Positions 25,143 to 37,912 of a stretch of 64,000 bases of DNA are shown one piece after another. The notes beneath the pieces were generated by a model, which saw only the letters and a list, made by a program, of their open reading frames with translations, did not search any database and had not been told where the DNA came from. The position numbers and the translations under genes are program-made. Location: assembly GCF_964204645.1 (NCBI RefSeq), contig NC_134029.1, forward strand, positions 20,330,950 through 20,394,949, in the 5' to 3' direction. Within the stretch, counting starts at the first letter, position 1. Each line of letters opens with the position of its first letter. The stretch comes from Tubulanus polymorphus. Its lineage: Eukaryota > Animalia > Nemertea.

Positions 25143-28100
25143 TCAGTAAAATATGACGGAATTGATAACGATCGCGACCAAAACAAATCCTCGTTGAAAT
25201 GTCGATGGAGTCAATATAACGGATTCGGATAACATACAAGCCGCCGCCGACTCGCCGTCGTAGTATTTCGTTTTCGGCGTATCGGTCAGTTTCAAACCCT
25301 TGCTGAAATTCGTGCTGATGCTCGGGTCGAGGTTGATGCTCAGTCGCGAGATACGGTTCTCGTTCGTCGGATTCGCGTAGAATCGCACGATATTCGGCGG
25401 CAGTTGGACGTCGGAGTCGTGCAGATAGGACAACACGCCGGTCCACTTGATGGCGAACTGATCGCGCGTATCAACCGGCACCAGCTGAGCCCTGCCGTAA
25501 CGTCCGAACGCGAAATACAAAGTCGATTTCTCCACGTCTAATGACACGGTGATGTTACCGAACGCTAAGTTGCCGTATTCGCCCGTGTACTCTTCCAGCT
25601 TATGCGACACGTTTTTCTTGACGATTCTTGCCGGTTTCATTTCGGTTTTCGTTTTCGGCGTATTTCTAACCCAAGGTTGCGGATACGAACAGACCGTCGT
25701 CTTATTCAACCAGACCGGCAAACCTATCAGTAGATCGGCTAGAACGTACGCGATGATCTTGACACTGTCCGCTGGTCCTTTGGCTCCGTTTATATTTGCA
25801 TAGATGCCGATTTTTAGTTCGGGTATAAATAATATTTTCGAAGAATAGCCCGAAATTTCGCCGGAATGCCACAATATTTTATAACCTGAAAACGAATAAG
25901 AAATATATGGTTTGGTAAATGAAAATTTCAACGTCAGCTAGATGAGACTGACAACTGTATTCATGATGATTTAATTCAAAGGAAAGGTGTTATGAGTTTA
26001 TTTCATTTTGGTGGAACTTCGAATCAGTTGAAGAAAAGGTTTATCTTGATGAAACACACTGTCCGCGTTAAAAAAGATATATTTTCTACGTTTAGACTAT
26101 ATCCGAATAGTCATCTTCAGGGATAATTCATAAAGATGACTACTGAGATATAGTCGAATTATTGAAATAAACCTTAAGGGCTCATTTTCTTTTTTCATCG
26201 AAGGTTTTTAACGTATTAGTTGAAAAGGTCGGTGGTAACATCGTCGCGTAAAAATTGGCACCTGGCTCCCCGAAGTCGTATAGGTACCTCTGTATGCTGA
26301 AGTCATCCACGCAAGGTTGTATGATATGCTCATATCAGCTATCGGCCACGTTGGTAGCGTTTTATCTGAGCCGGGGAATGGTGTAGCCACCTGTCCGGTG
26401 TACGTATCGGTTAGCATTTCTGGTTTTACTAACTGATTGTCGCTGGAACTTTTCCCGCCAGTCACGTGGAATCGCAGCCATTTTGCCATATCGTCGGTCG
26501 ATGCGACGATAGAGCCGGCCGGGCCAAGCGGGACGACAACCCTGTAAAAAGAGCATCACTTTTTAATCGATAAAATCGATTTCATCTTTGAGTCAAAAAT
26601 ATCTATATATTCAAAACAGAACATACGAATTGAAAAGCATCTTTGTGATGGACGATGTATCGTATGGTAACTTCGAGCGAATTTTTGCTAGAAATTTTAG
26701 GACGGATAAGGCAAATGAAAATAGAATTCGTTTTGATGTTTTGGGTTGTTTACCTCGCCGTGTTGATGTGTATTCTGGTTAAACTACCGTTTTTCGTCAC
26801 GTAAGGTTTAGCGAGATCGTCGACGTCGGTCAACATCGGCACAAACGTCGCTGTATCCATGTTCAACGGTTTAAACAAATATTCAGTCACCAACGATTCC
26901 CATGTTTGACCGTGCTTCAGTTCTTCGGCTACGTGTCCGGCTAAAGTGTACATGTAGTTGCTGTATATGAACTGCGTACGAAACGGAGCCGGAGATTCCA
27001 TGAATCTTAGTCGCCTGAAAAATATATGAGCATCACAAAATCACTCCTTGAAAACCATGATACTTCTGCAAAAATGACATTATTTTTTGATAATGATTTA
27101 TTTTTTTACATATAACGCCGTACTAATTGCATCTAATCACGACGCTTTACAAAGTATGAAATCATTAAGATACAACAAAACATTGAGAAATTAAGTAGAT
27201 ATGATAATATAATATAATCACACTTGTTCTTCTAAAAGGTAAGTTTTAAGATAACGCTTAAAAGCATCAAAATTAGATCAATAGATTGGCTTTCCCTGAC
27301 AGTTTAAGGTATAGAATTCTATAGGTGAGGTGCCGAGTTCTTAAAAGCTCTACTTCCATAATTACGTATTGGCACAGGTTTGACTAAAATAGGATCCTGA
27401 CTAGACCGACAGAACGAGCTGGTTATACATAATTGCGTCTATTTTGTATGCCGAACTTTTGCGTCCTTTTCTTTTTTGATAGATCCAGATTAAATCGAAC
27501 AGCGTCTTATATAGCGTCTTAGTGAAAAAGTGAAAAATAGTAATATCGGTATTTGTTAACATGGATCTAAATGTGAGATATATGGGCTGTTATTCGCATC
27601 ATCGACGTACGTACGTACTTTATCTGCGGGATCTATAGTCTTGTATTACACCGTGGAACATCCTGATACACGAATTAGCCGTACGGATGAAACAGTATTG
27701 CGCGTGGTGGTTCCGATCTGATGCGATGTTATGCATTGTAAACTCGATCTCGCGAAGCATCATCCGATTTCAATACGATACCTTCATAAATATTTCTCTC
27801 GCAAGAAACTGTTTCGATATCACAACTTTTTTTATAGAGCTTTTATCTCTATTTACAGCAGTAGGACCCCCTGACGGCCATCGCCTATTATTTTGTTCTT
27901 TTCACACGCGCGACCTCGTTATAACGAGCTCGGATATAACGATTTACCGTTTGTAACAAATTTCGTGTCAAACACGGATTTCGTGATCATTTTGTACTGG
28001 ATATATCAAAATATCGGTTATAACATGGACGTCGCCCGTTATTAACCAGCCTCGCTTGCCAAGGTTTGATTGCTCCACCGAAGCCCACCCCACAAAAACC

Positions 28101-31100
28101 CTGGTCGCAAACCCTTCATTAGTCGATTACATTGCCGAAGATTTCTTGCGCCGACAGGTTGCCGCTCAGTGGCCATCAATCTATATAGCTAATCAGATGC
28201 GTGGTATTGATGATAAAGTGAATTTGCCGGTGAAAAACAACGCATCTGATTGGCTTAACACATTGGTGGCCGCTTAGCGGCAACCTGTCCGTCCAAGATA
28301 TGTTGGGCATTGAAATAGGCCAATGAAGGGTTTGCGGGGCATCCTCGCTTGCCAGGGGTTCGGTATCACTCCCGAACTCGCTTCCACCAGCCCCCGGCCT
28401 CACGAAGCGTGATTTCATTACTGGCGCTGTTGCGCGTGACGTCATATATCGATTTGCGAAATACTTCCTTGTTCGGTAAAACGTTCGCTGATTGGTCAAT
28501 TTAACGGGAAAACCAACAGAAGTCTACTGACGGTTTGTTACAAGCGCTGTGATTGGTACGACCGGATTCTGGTCGGCTAGTAACGACTCCAACGACTCGT
28601 GAGGTCAAGGGGTTCGGGGAACAGCTTTAGCGTAGTGGGTTCGAATCCCTTGACGGGTGAAGATGCGGCCAGGGTTGCGTTCGCGTGAGCTCGGCGGGAG
28701 GAAATCAAACTATGGCAAGCGAGGATGGGTTATAACGAAAAAGTCCGAAGTTGGTTGAAACAAGGACGTATAAACCAGATCTAGTTTAATACGTCTAGAT
28801 CTAGTAAAATCTAGTTGATACGTCCATGGTTGAAACGGAATCTGTCTCCAAATTAAAAATTGCGCGTCATTCTGATATACAAGCATGTGCACCGCAAAGT
28901 ATTCCGCTTCTTACGCTAATCCGTTAGTTTATCAAAAAAAACACCGAATGAACTTTAATTAAGAGGGAAAGCGAACACCGATAGTGCTGTTAAGATAATG
29001 ATTAAAGACGCTATTGATGTGGCGAAGCTTCTCGTTGGTATAGATGACTCCCACGGCGACAAATAACGTTCACCGATGCGGAATATTGTTCTGTTTGGTT
29101 CCATCCTAAAACGTATCGGTGCATAAAATTGCACGTTTTACCCCGTGCACCAGTTCTCTCGGCGCGGTGATGTGTTATCTCTCCCAAGGCACCTATCAAA
29201 CACCGTTCCGTTGTGTTGTTTTATCAGGTGCCATTATCTCCTTATTGAACCGAGGACATGAAGTCGTTACGTCGAAGGGTAGCGACGTTCTCCGTACAGA
29301 GACAAGGACAGCCGAAAAAAACTTCTTTCTCTCACAAGGCTTTTACGTATAAAACAGAAGCTAAATATAACATTTGTGGGTGGAGGGGATGCGAATTATT
29401 TCATTCGGTTTAATTGCGAGCGACTGTCCCCGAAGTGTGGGTATTTGTATATCTTGTTTCGTAGCCGGAATTGTCTCGCAATATTTCTCAATGTCGCAGC
29501 TCGCTGTAAATAACTGAAATACGAACGGAATACTCCACGCGTTCGTGTCGCGCACTTATACAAGATTCGGATGAAATACGATTTTCTCCTGCCCTGGGAT
29601 TTTTGCGAAATGAAAAGACACCCATACCTTGGCATTCGCGCGACCATCCTATATTTTCCCAGCCCCGGGGAACGGATGATAACAATTATATATTGTCCCG
29701 CCATAGAAATAGAATTCCACAATTATTGTGGGGAAAAAAGAATATCATTATGGAATGGATATATAGGTATTTTTGTCGGGAATAATGACGCACAACGGAA
29801 TTGCGTTAAATATTGACGATATATAACAGGAAATAAAAAAGACATCAATTATGATATACTGCAATGAAAGGGATAGATAGGAAAGGCCTTTAGAAAGCTA
29901 GGGGCCACAAACGACCTAAAGCTTCCTTAAAGTTCAATTATGTAGTATTATGACCATTGGTGAAACACTCTCACCGGACTCTACGTTGATGCTGAAAAAA
30001 TTCAGAAATGTCTCCTTGAGGCGATGATAGTTTGGTTCGACATTCTTAATTTTCTGTTCCAACTCGTATTTCTGAAGATGACTTTTAGGACTTAAGTCGT
30101 AGCGACGAATATAAACTCAACAAATATGTATTCGAATATCAGCTCAGAAAAAAACATTTCGGGCTTTAATTTTCATTATCAGTGCGAACGATTTCCTACT
30201 TATCGTGACTAATGACAATTCAAGTCTATCACTGTGAAACGGGCCCCGCAGAGCTGTATTTAGTGACGATTTGTCTTATGCGTCTAACCTTTAGGGATGT
30301 ATAATCTGTTTTTCATTGACATTTCTCTGTTTCTATATATAGAAACGTGACTTTTTCAAATGAGACTAACGACGCACGTAAGATAATTGATCCTATAATT
30401 TCTAGAAATGTTACCATGGATTATTCAGACTCACTGCTCTTAAGATTCTGCTTTCAAAAAATAAACTCAATATAAACTCAATATATTGAGTTTTATTTGT
30501 AGAATTAACGGCCATTATAAAATCATTGTTGTTATTGAACAGGGCGGATTCAAGGGGAGGTGCAGGGGGCGCGCCCCCTAAAATGTCAATTTGCCCTGAA
30601 ACTTTACGGGAAAACGTAAAGTATTAAACTGATACCTAAAAGTTTTAAATTCATATACTCGTCCTCCGTGTTTCCAAACATGAGTTAATGTTTTCCGATT
30701 GGCTTTTTTCGGGTATACGCTTTCAAATGGTATGATGTGCCCTATTTTGGGGTGCACCCCTCCCTGAATCAGACCCTATATACGCCCCTGACATGGGTGT
30801 TTAATTTCATAATTCCTTCATCATTTGAGGTTCATTATAGCTGACACTTTACTGACCGTATCAATTCATTTCTGGTGACATCGCGTGGAAATCCCGTCAT
30901 CAGAGGCAGAAAGTAAGATAGCGAACCGACTCGGTGCGACAATACGTCTCTCAAGTTCGTATGCTCCGTCCGCAGGTGGTCGTTCAACGCAAATCCATCG
31001 CCCAATATCTGCTTCAGAGGAGTATCCCACGACAGACTGGAAAAATGCGGTATTAAACGACCAACAGTGTCACAAATGAACAGAGATACAAAATGCAAAA

Positions 31101-33512
31101 TGATTTTATTCAATAGTTCTAATGACGAGAGAAATCCCACAATAACGAAGCCAAGATTGAAAAATTCTATATCAGAATGATTATATTTGAGTAGCGACGT
31201 TTCGGCTAACAACTGTTAGCCATCATCAGGCGTACTGAGTTAGCTAACAGTTGTCAGCCGAAACGTCGCTCTTCAAACAATACATTCATTCTGATATAGA
31301 ATTTTTCAATCTTGGCTTTGTTATTGTGGGATTTCTCTCGTCATCCTCATACACGGATATTGTGTATCTTCTCGTCTAAATAGTTCTAATGTTTGTGTAA
31401 TCATCAGTCCGTCCAATCCTTGCATCTGTTGGACTGAATGGGGACTACTTTGTTTAGGTTGTTCCAGATCTAGGCACGAAGTCGCTGATGGGTTTTTCTA
31501 AGAAAATACTCCCTAAAAATACACTTTTCTTTAAGGCCGTGCGGTTACGTATCACGCGATACCGCCAACTCCTGTCAGTGAGGGTCGACGCCCGGGCATC
31601 AATATCTGAAATGGCGTGGCAACATTTTATACACATTCGCACATTTCTATTATTTATTCACCAACTAAAACCTGGGATGTAATTTTTTCTGGGAATTCAC
31701 ATGATCAAGGCCGGGTTAACAAAGCTAATTTGGGAACATGCACACGCACGCCACACCCTTATAACCACCGCATTTAATACAACACGGCAACTGGGTCAGA
31801 AAATTGAGTTTATACATTTTTACTTCAGAAACATCTCGGTACTCGGTGACTCGCGTTCGTTTTTAATACCGAATAACGATTTGCGGCAAGAATTCATTTT
31901 CCAGAAATAGAAAGAGTCGATGAGACACAGTGTTGTCGCCGTCGTCCCGCGCTAATGCAACTGCATACGAATCCACAGCGCTTTAAACAACAAAGATGAA
32001 ATCGATCTGTTTGATTTTTCAATTTTACCGAATAAATTGTCACAGAACGCGCGCGGTTTTTATTGTGGAAGAAACGTTTTACTTTGAGGAACGCGTTCTT
32101 TATTAGATCAGTGACAGTTACTGCACGTGAATAGCTACCACGCCTTAATTTTTATAACGTGGGCGCGCGTTTGGATATTTTCCATTCATAAAAAATAATG
32201 CGGTTGAAATGTCTGTATAGATGATGCAGCAGTTTTTTACGATCTTCGGGATAATTCGGCTTTTACGGATAGAAGATCTCTGATGCCGGTTCGAAGACGG
32301 GTCCAGAGATAAGCGGGTGTGGGTTCGTTTTTAATTTGGTTTGAACTTAACGGGGGTCTGGGGTCCTTCCCTATGCGGAAACATTAGAAAATGTGATACC
32401 GATGTACAGCTTCCCGTTGATATAAAGAAATTCTAAATAAATGAGCAAATTTCATAACACACTTAGGAATAGTTAAATGAAAAGTGATGGAACTTATTTC
32501 GAAACGAATGCCCCCCCCCCCCATCAACCTCCGCGTAAACGTATCTTGCCGAATACCGGCCAAATTAGCCAGATTTGGTGATGGATGAGTGACAAAAATT
32601 TTGTGATCTATATTTGACTTATCTAACGGGGTCGACGCCGGAATGGAATGACAAAACATGTCACAATTAATATGAATATGATGTATGATACACCTATAAC
32701 TGTTTCATATACGTAAATCGGCTGATCGGACAATATTACGGCCAGGGGAAGGCGAATTTTCCAATTAGATCGTTTTTCTACGGATGGAAATTGCCCGTAA
32801 TTGCGGTTATTTTTACATAACCGTCATCTGAAAACCTTTGGATGTAATTTGATTAGATCCACATCTAGACAATTATTTCCAATTTTTGTTATAACGTAAC
32901 CTGGTTATGGCTGCACGTAATGTTGCATGCTACAGGTATACAATGGTTGAGAATTGCACGAATTAGATTTTCATACTTTATGAAATAGAATATTTTATCA
33001 ATAGGAAAATACAAAAAAATGAATGAATTTAAGTTTAGCTATGTTTTGATCAATAACTCGGCGCGTTATATATATATGCATTCGTTTTATTTATTTTTCC
33101 AGTTCAGTTATGATGAGACATGTAAAATTGCATGCCATATTTGCTTTTGATTGTTGATTTTTGCAAATGTCAAACGGAGATTTGAGACTTACCCCTCCTG
33201 CTCCGAGAGCACCATCGCCAATAGCGTCGAAGTGAAGGCTTTCGTCAGCGAAGCGATGCAAAACAGACTTTTCGTCGTGGCCCGTTTTCCCGTTTCGCGA
33301 TCCGATTCCCCGTAAGCTTTCGTCCAAATATCCTCGTCTTGCACGACGGCTACCGACACGGCGGGTATCTTTCGACATCGTCGAATATGTTCGATGTAAT
33401 CATCGAGTTGGTCTTCGTATTTGAAACACAGTCCACCTCGCCCGGACCAGGATACGAGACACGACGACAAAACGACGAAAATCCATAGAAGCCGGATCCG
33501 ATCAACAGTCAT
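25143..33512 (-). CDS. Beta-lactamase/penicillin-binding-protein-fold serine hydrolase, ~585 aa, with signal peptide and hydrophobic C-tail; exons 33512-33193, 31036-30857, 27014-26754, 26541-26288, 25885-25143
   Basis: SxxK (FCIASLTKAF), LxH (VLSHRVG), YxN (FIYSNYMY), GPAGSI, HxG (LWHSGEISG) and a C-terminal YTGEYGNLAFG module. Phases 2,2,2,1 join to 1758 nt. Confidence 0.9.
26087..26158 (-). ncRNA. Degenerate hammerhead-ribozyme core in a small inverted repeat (Penelope-like remnant)
   Basis: Minus strand reads CTGAAGA-T-GACTAT-tcggat-ATAGTC-tAAAC-GTA (GAAA mutated to TAAA). A mirrored partial copy is on the + strand at 26133-26158. Confidence 0.55.
28047..28727. mobile_element. TIR element (ca(g/t)cctcgcttgcca... 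termini); short relative at 41501-41606
   Basis: cagcctcgcttgccaaggtttgatt / aatcaaactatggcaagcgaggatg, with an extra internal terminus at 28340. It is inserted in a Tc1-like MITE remnant. Confidence 0.7.
30540..30790. mobile_element. MITE with cagg(g)gcgga...cgcccctg termini (hAT-like); second copy 52496-52738
   Basis: The two copies share atgtgccctattttggggtgcacccctccctgaatcag and their termini. Confidence 0.7.
31122..31378. mobile_element. Penelope-like-element-derived palindromic insertion (inverted pseudo-LTR) with flanking direct repeat
   Basis: ~105-bp inverted arms (31122-31344) plus a short tail, flanked by aatagttcta(atg) at 31112 and 31379, with a hammerhead core at its centre. 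Confidence 0.75.
31196..31229 (-). ncRNA. Minimal hammerhead ribozyme core
   Basis: CTGATGA-T-GGCTAAC-agtt-GTTAGCC-GAAAC-GTC: intact catalytic boxes, 7-bp stem II and a GUC cleavage triplet. Stem I is largely lost at the inversion point. Confidence 0.8.
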
Positions 33513-34400
33513 TTTGACTTAATACGGACACCATCTTTTACTCGGTTCAGATGCCGGGAGCGAACAGAATCCGCGTGAAGAGAAAGCCGCCTTCAAATAA
33601 TATTCAACTCCAAACTCTTTACACGTGTGCGCGTTGAATTGAAGAAACCCTGCCAGCACGCATCATTCGAACGGCAGACTTCAATTTGAGCCCACGCCGC
33701 GAAAATAACGGTTATTTAACGACAAACCTTCGGAGAAACTCCGGAAATTCATCGATGGCATAGAATTAAACGATGCCGTGCTTGTCGCGAACGAAAAGAT
33801 TTTCTATAAAAACCACTTGTTGCCGCGAGCGGTTCCCACAAGGCGCCAAAACTAATCAATTCAAATTCGTAAACACATGCATATATGAACCATACGCGAA
33901 AATCTTCGAAATTATCGTCGTTTAGTCCGTCAATCCCACAGATAGATCTCAGTTAATGAATTTGAATGCGAAAGACACAGAGGCGTTGATAGAAATATAC
34001 CGGGAGTCGATGAAACACGTACGACATACGTCAACCGCGTATCATGTCGTGCTGAACGATTTCCAAAAGTATACGCGTTTGTTCGTGTATACGCTTCGTG
34101 ATCGCGACATATGATTTACCGCTGCAATTTTTAGAATCTTCGTTCCGATAACGATCGTCGAAATCATTGCCTTCGCTATTGCTGATAATCCTTTGTTATA
34201 AATGAACCCAATAAAGACCATTACCGATCATTCGGCCGGTTGGCTATTATTTTCTCCCCTGCGGATGCTTAGAAAAAGTGTCTTGTCGATAATGATCATT
34301 TTCGATGGCTGCGACTAAGTGTGGGTTTAAAAATACATTTTGTAGTTGAAATACTTAGTTTTTCTGTGAAATTGAAAAAATATCGCAACTACGTATCTAT

Positions 34401-34592
34401 ATAGAACGATAACCACACTCAAACGGTGCACGGATAATTAGATAAAAACCCACTATTTACAAATCAAAAGAATGTTAAAATCAAGAAAGTTATTAATTCG
34501 AACAATCTAGAAATATATAAAATACACGACGTTTCGATCTCACCCTAGAGATCATCGTCATCGAATTTTTAGATAGTGGTTTTTTATCTTAT
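34401..34592 (-). mobile_element. Second Penelope-like palindromic insertion (different family) with hammerhead core at 34561-34528
   Basis: Minus strand aTGACGA-T-GATCTC-tagggt-GAGATC-GAAAC-GTC; inverted arms ~34437-34465 / 34563-34592; 11-bp direct repeat tacgtatctat at 34390 and 34593. Confidence 0.7.
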
Positions 34593-35618
34593 TACGTATC
34601 TATTTGACGTATACATTTCGTAACAATGTCATTCGTTAGAATTTAACGCAACTCTTCGTCGTTTGTAAGCCAAGTGGTTGGGTATAGATAATGTCGTTCT
34701 TTTATCTTTGCTATCGCTTTTAGTGCATTATCATCATTGTAATAGACTAAGAATCGTGTATATACTTTTCGATACAGTCATTGGGTCAGCCATTTTATGC
34801 ACGGTAACATACAAAAGAAAAAAAACTCGTGTGTCGTGTACAAATCTTTTGAAGTCGTTAGTTTATGGTATTTCGTTAATCCGTGTTTACAGTATGACAG
34901 ATAATCCTCGTCTTATTCGTGAGGGAATTATGACTCGGTTGCTGGCACTGCAGGAGTCAGTAAGACGGCTTCCCTAAACATCTTCCGTCGATCTTCTTAA
35001 TCCGTTGCGTCGTAATAAACCCGGATTAGTAAGGCTTGACTACTTATACGTAAGCGCTGTTTTGGGTTGATATAAAGAAAGATGTGGATACGCGTTGGAA
35101 CTATAATGCTCTTTTCCGCGTAACCCAATTAACTTAATTCTGGCGCTGAAAAGTTTGAGACAATCCATTGAAGTTTTTTCTTAAAGACGACCTCGACGTC
35201 TTAATCATTTCCGGTAAACATGTATATAAGTATATTTGAAAGGAAATAGCACAGTTTTCTTTATAGTTCAGTGAAGTGATATAGCATCGAGGGAACGGAG
35301 AATTAGACAACTTAATTCCGCTTCATATGTTACTTATATACACCGCAGAATATTGCGCAGTTACCGATATTTACTTAGAATCGTGTACCTAGAAATATTA
35401 GTCTGCTTGAACAGTTACTGATACGGATCCTTGATGCCTGGAGCAGTGCACCCTCTACTGCATCGCCCTGGCGACAAGACCGATATATATTAATCGACAA
35501 GGGCAATAATGTCTCTTGACGTCAGACTAGATCAGCGATCAGACGATTCATTCGCCACCTAACGATTATCTAATCAGTATCAGTATCTTCCTTGAGGGGA
35601 TTCTAGTCTACTCCAACG

Positions 35619-35735
35619 CATCCTCCCTCGGCAGGGATTCGAACCCGATTGGCTGAGTGTAACGAAGCCATGGCAGTATATCAGTACGGCGGCAATCTCG
35701 ATGCCATCAGGTTCGAATCCCTGCCGGGGAGGATG
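35619..35735. mobile_element. 117-bp MITE with 9-bp TSD (Mutator-like) whose TIRs contain a tRNA B-box-like motif
   Basis: actccaacg|catcctccctcggcagggattcgaacc ... ggttcgaatccctgccggggaggatg|actccaacg. Confidence 0.85.
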
Positions 35736-36739
35736 ACTCCAACGGGATGCTGCGGAAGGGAATGAAAATTCCAAGATATCCTCAGTGGGGGCCATTTCAT
35801 ATCACGAAGTCATCAAGGAATCAGAAATCACGAAGTCATCAAGGAATCAGAAATTCCCAGATTCAAATACAGTGAGCCCCGATATACAGCCCTCCCCGCT
35901 TACCGTCAGGTTCTCATTACAAATACAAAGTAAATGCACTGTATACCGCCATAATTAGTCTGCACGATGTGGGCCAAATATCGGGAATTGACTGTATAAA
36001 ATTAAAAGATATCCCCATGGGAGATGTCCAAGGTTCATAAGTCAACTTGTCACCAGCGAGAACAATTCTATAATCGTCCGATTTCCATGAGTCAGAACTA
36101 AGAGATTTATCTGCAAGTGGTACCCTGTGAAAAAAACATACAGAATTGGTTGAACAGGATTGCCTGCTGTAGACTCCCAACCTAAAAAAAAAATCAGAGA
36201 CAAAAGAGACAAACCATATATTACATGATTAAGAGACTTTTTGCCTTAAAACTTTATTTCACGAAATCCATCCATGTTCATACAGACCGCCGTTTATATT
36301 GCTGCCGACCGAATACGATGTTAAGAATTTTTGTCGTAGAGATACTCTAGATAAGGAACCGGAACCATAGTTCCGAGAATTTTATATCGCTCGGAATTTA
36401 ACCTTGTTCATCGTTACAGCATTAGGGGCAAGTTGCCTTTTCCTAACAATGGTGGGAATCACGCCACAAGGAATAGATACTGCAGAAATACAATTTTTTA
36501 CCGAAATCACAATCATTCAATGACATCATCAAAAAGTAAAAATACTGAGAAATCAACAGTTTTTCTTTCACGCTACCGAGGAATTCAGGCAGCTGTGAGA
36601 CAGTGTACATGATATGGAAATAACATATTTATAATAAAAGGTATACCGGTAACTAAAAGTCATTTTTTTCCCAGACATATTCGTCATACATCTATAAACT
36701 TATTAAAGGAACCTATACATTTTCAAAATTGAAACGAAC

Positions 36740-37912
36740 TTAATTCCTTCGCGATCGCTTTTTCGGAGGACCGCCGCCGCCGCGACCTCTGAAGCCGCCG
36801 CGTTTTTTGCCGAAGTTCTTCTGTTGACCCGTCGTCTTTTTCGTGAACACGCTCTCCCAGTGTTTCACCTCGGCGTCGCCTTCGAGAACGTTCGCCGTCA
36901 ACTCAGCATCGTTCAACATCAGTTTCTCGTCGGTGTTCAACGCCGCCTTCCACGCTTTGGACGCTTCGTTCTCGTCGACGAACCGCACGAACGCCTCGTC
37001 GTCGCCCATGTCGAAGTCGACCCACGCGATCTCGCCGCTGTCTTTGAACAGTTCTTTGATGTCTTCGCGTTTGACGCCGTCCTTCATCCCCGTTAAATGC
37101 AACACGGTTCCCTTCACTAACTGCTCCATGTGTTTCTTCTTATTCTCCTCGAGCTGTTTCTGTTTGTCCTCCTCGAGCTTCTTCGCGCCCTCCAACACCT
37201 CGACTTTCTTCTTCTCGCGTTTCTTCTTGAAGTACGCGTCTTTGAACAGGCGTTGCAGCTCGACGTCTTTGTACTTGATCGTTTCGAGGTCGTGGAACGT
37301 TTTAGCGTCGTCGACGCTTTTGAACACGACGAAACAAGAGCCTTTAAACGCGCGGCTCTCGTCGCGACGCATCTGAATGTACTCGGGCGGGCCGTGCGCG
37401 TCGAAAAAACTCAACAAATCGTCGATCGTCGTGTCCAATTCGAAACCTTTCACGTATAACGAACGCTGTTTCACGTCCTCTTTTCGCGCCACGTTCAAAA
37501 CGGGAATCGGTTTCTCCGCCGAACGCCGGATTTTGAGTTCGTCGTCGCCGATCGCGATCAGACCGGATTTCGACTTGCGCAGCGCTTTGACGATCGTCGC
37601 GAAGTCCTCGGTCAGTTCTTTCAAACGTTTGAATTTGATCATCGTTTCGAGCGGAATCCAACCGTCGTCGAGTTTTAATTGTTCCTGCATGAATCGATCG
37701 CGACCGAGGTTCATATCGCCGAAATAGTGTTCGACCTGACGGATGATTTTCGTTTCGAGTTCGGTCGGCTCTTCGTCGCCGCACGAGACGCCGTTACCGT
37801 TCGATTCGGGAGCTTTCTCATCCTTCACCGTTGTCGATTCCGCCTCGTTTTTTACCGTAGTGGACTCTGTTTTCACCTCCTCAACGACATCAGGCGTAGT
37901 TGAATCGGCCAT
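36740..37912 (-). CDS. SSB: La protein (lupus La / SS-B), 390 aa, single coding exon; putative 5'UTR intron 37938-38601
   Basis: La motif KIIRQVEHYFGDMNLGRDRFM...GWIPLETMIKFKRL, RRM1 (RSLYVKGF...FKGSCFVVF), RRM2 (GTVLHL...IAWVDF) and a basic/Gly C-tail. Acceptor at 37938 and gtaagt donor at 38601. Confidence 0.96.
   Translation of the reverse strand: MADSTTPDVVEEVKTESTTVKNEAESTTVKDEKAPESNGNGVSCGDEEPTELETKIIRQVEHYFGDMNLGRDRFMQEQLKLDDGWIPLETMIKFKRLKELTEDFATIVKALRKSKSGLIAIGDDELKIRRSAEKPIPVLNVARKEDVKQRSLYVKGFELDTTIDDLLSFFDAHGPPEYIQMRRDESRAFKGSCFVVFKSVDDAKTFHDLETIKYKDVELQRLFKDAYFKKKREKKKVEVLEGAKKLEEDKQKQLEENKKKHMEQLVKGTVLHLTGMKDGVKREDIKELFKDSGEIAWVDFDMGDDEAFVRFVDENEASKAWKAALNTDEKLMLNDAELTANVLEGDAEVKHWESVFTKKTTGQQKNFGKKRGGFRGRGGGGPPKKRSRRN

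Noticed and set aside
28625-28660. tRNA genes suggested by GGTTCGAA motifs (also ~13940, ~17205, ~39950)
   Set aside because: Only T-arm/B-box fragments inside repeats; no full cloverleaf.
25143-33512. Bacterial contamination or recent HGT of a beta-lactamase
   Set aside because: The gene has four canonical spliceosomal introns, several carrying host repeats.
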